From: Leucoraja ocellata
Taxonomy: Eukaryota
Reading direction: 5' to 3'
Assembly: GCA_036785375.1 (NCBI GenBank)
Contig: JAWMAR010000478.1
Span: 930,001 to 994,000, forward strand
DNA: 64,000 nt
Part shown: piece by piece, positions 63,270 through 64,000 of the stretch
Position numbering within the stretch: the first letter of the stretch is position 1
Layout: each line of letters begins with the position of its first letter
Position numbers and translations under genes: made by a program
The notes under the pieces: generated by a model
The model's input: only the letters and a program-made list of their open reading frames with translations
The model's database searches: none
What the model was told of the DNA's origin: nothing

Positions 63270-64000
63270 AAGCACTGTCTTTTGAGGGTGAGAGGGCCCT
63301 AGAGTGGAGGTCCCTCTATGCAGGTACACAAAAATGCTGGAGAAACTCGGCAGGTGCAGCAGCATCTATGGAGAGAAGGAAATAGGCAACATTTCGGGCC
63401 AAAACCATTCTTCAGTCCCCTCTAAGCAGGAATTGTATCCCTTTACATTGGGGACCTGGGGTGACGGGTACTAAACCGAGTAGTCCCATGCAATCTGTTT
63501 CTAACGCGTTTCACAGAGTTGCCAGCAACCTGCCACTTTTGCCGGCTGGATGAGTCTGTGCTCCACCTACATATGGAGTGTGTGGTTTTACAGCCTCTGT
63601 ACCAATATCTAAAGGGGCTGCTCCTTGCCGTCTGGCTGCAAATCACACCCACCATTCTCATCTTTGGATACCCTGAGCGTAGGGGACTGGGTAGGGGTGA
63701 ACATGTCCTGGTTGGCTTGCTCCTAAGCCTGACCAAGCAGGTCATCGCGAGTCACGGCGCCAGGCGGAAGGGAGCTCCACCCGAGTCGACTGCCTGACCC
63801 TTGCCCGAAGTTACATCCACGCCTGGGTGGTACCAGAGAGGGACAACCCAGGCACGCGCTCTCTGGGGGTGTTCACCGACTGCTGGGTGCCACGGGGATA
63901 GGAATGCACCCTTAAGGATGCGGAAATAGTTATTTAAGAATGTTTCCTTTATTTGTATTACGATGGGTGGGTTTGTTTGTATTCTTTTGTTTGTTCATAT
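63270..64000 (+). mobile_element. Degenerate L1/Tx1-clade non-LTR retrotransposon ORF2 3' end
   Basis: zf-RVT-like C-H-F-C...ESVLHLHMEC followed by PTILIFG; T-rich 3' UTR. Confidence 0.8.
63326..63415 (-). mobile_element. Short Penelope-type terminal fragment inserted in the Tx1 element
   Basis: acacaaaaatgctggagaaactc...ttcttcag, flanked by the imperfect duplication tccctctatgcagg / tcccctctaagcagg. Confidence 0.7.

Larger units (their letters stand above)
1..63270 (+). repeat. Tandem array of 45 exon-bearing units with degenerate pentamer satellite spacers
   Basis: The conserved block (cctgccttccctgacttccagg...ggatcaacacgg) recurs every 0.7-3.3 kb; spacers are built of gttga/gtgca/tttag pentamers. 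Confidence 0.97.

Noticed and set aside
1-63270. CRISPR-like repeat-spacer array
   Set aside because: The repeats are hundreds of bp, the spacers are themselves duplicated low-complexity DNA, there are no cas genes, and the context is vertebrate.

Overview
Eukaryotic DNA, most likely from a cartilaginous fish (skate/ray). This is inferred from the CR1/HER1-type LINE 3' ends with (TTCTATG)n tails and the Penelope and Tx1 fragments. Almost the whole window is a tandem array of 45 copies of a ~450-750 bp unit, separated by GT-rich degenerate pentamer satellite (GTTGA/GTGCA/TTTAG). Each unit contains, on the + strand, a branch-point-like motif (usually TACTCAC), a pyrimidine tract ending in CAG, a 33- or 36-nt micro-exon and a G|GTAAAT donor. 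43 of the 45 copies keep AG/GT and a length divisible by 3. Spliced in phase 1 they give about 483 aa of stop-free Gly/Ser/Tyr repeat, (GGSSGYDNGGY)n, punctuated by basic variants such as GGSSGYNKNKGY. The ORF track cannot see this gene, and its start and end lie outside the window. The array grew by higher-order duplications (5489, 1870 and ~5700 bp) and is older toward the right. It carries five CR1 fragments, two SINE-like passengers, a Tx1 fragment, and a Penelope fragment with strong A-to-G hypermutation fused to a CR1 3' end. Coordinates were counted by eye; repeat boundaries are approximate.
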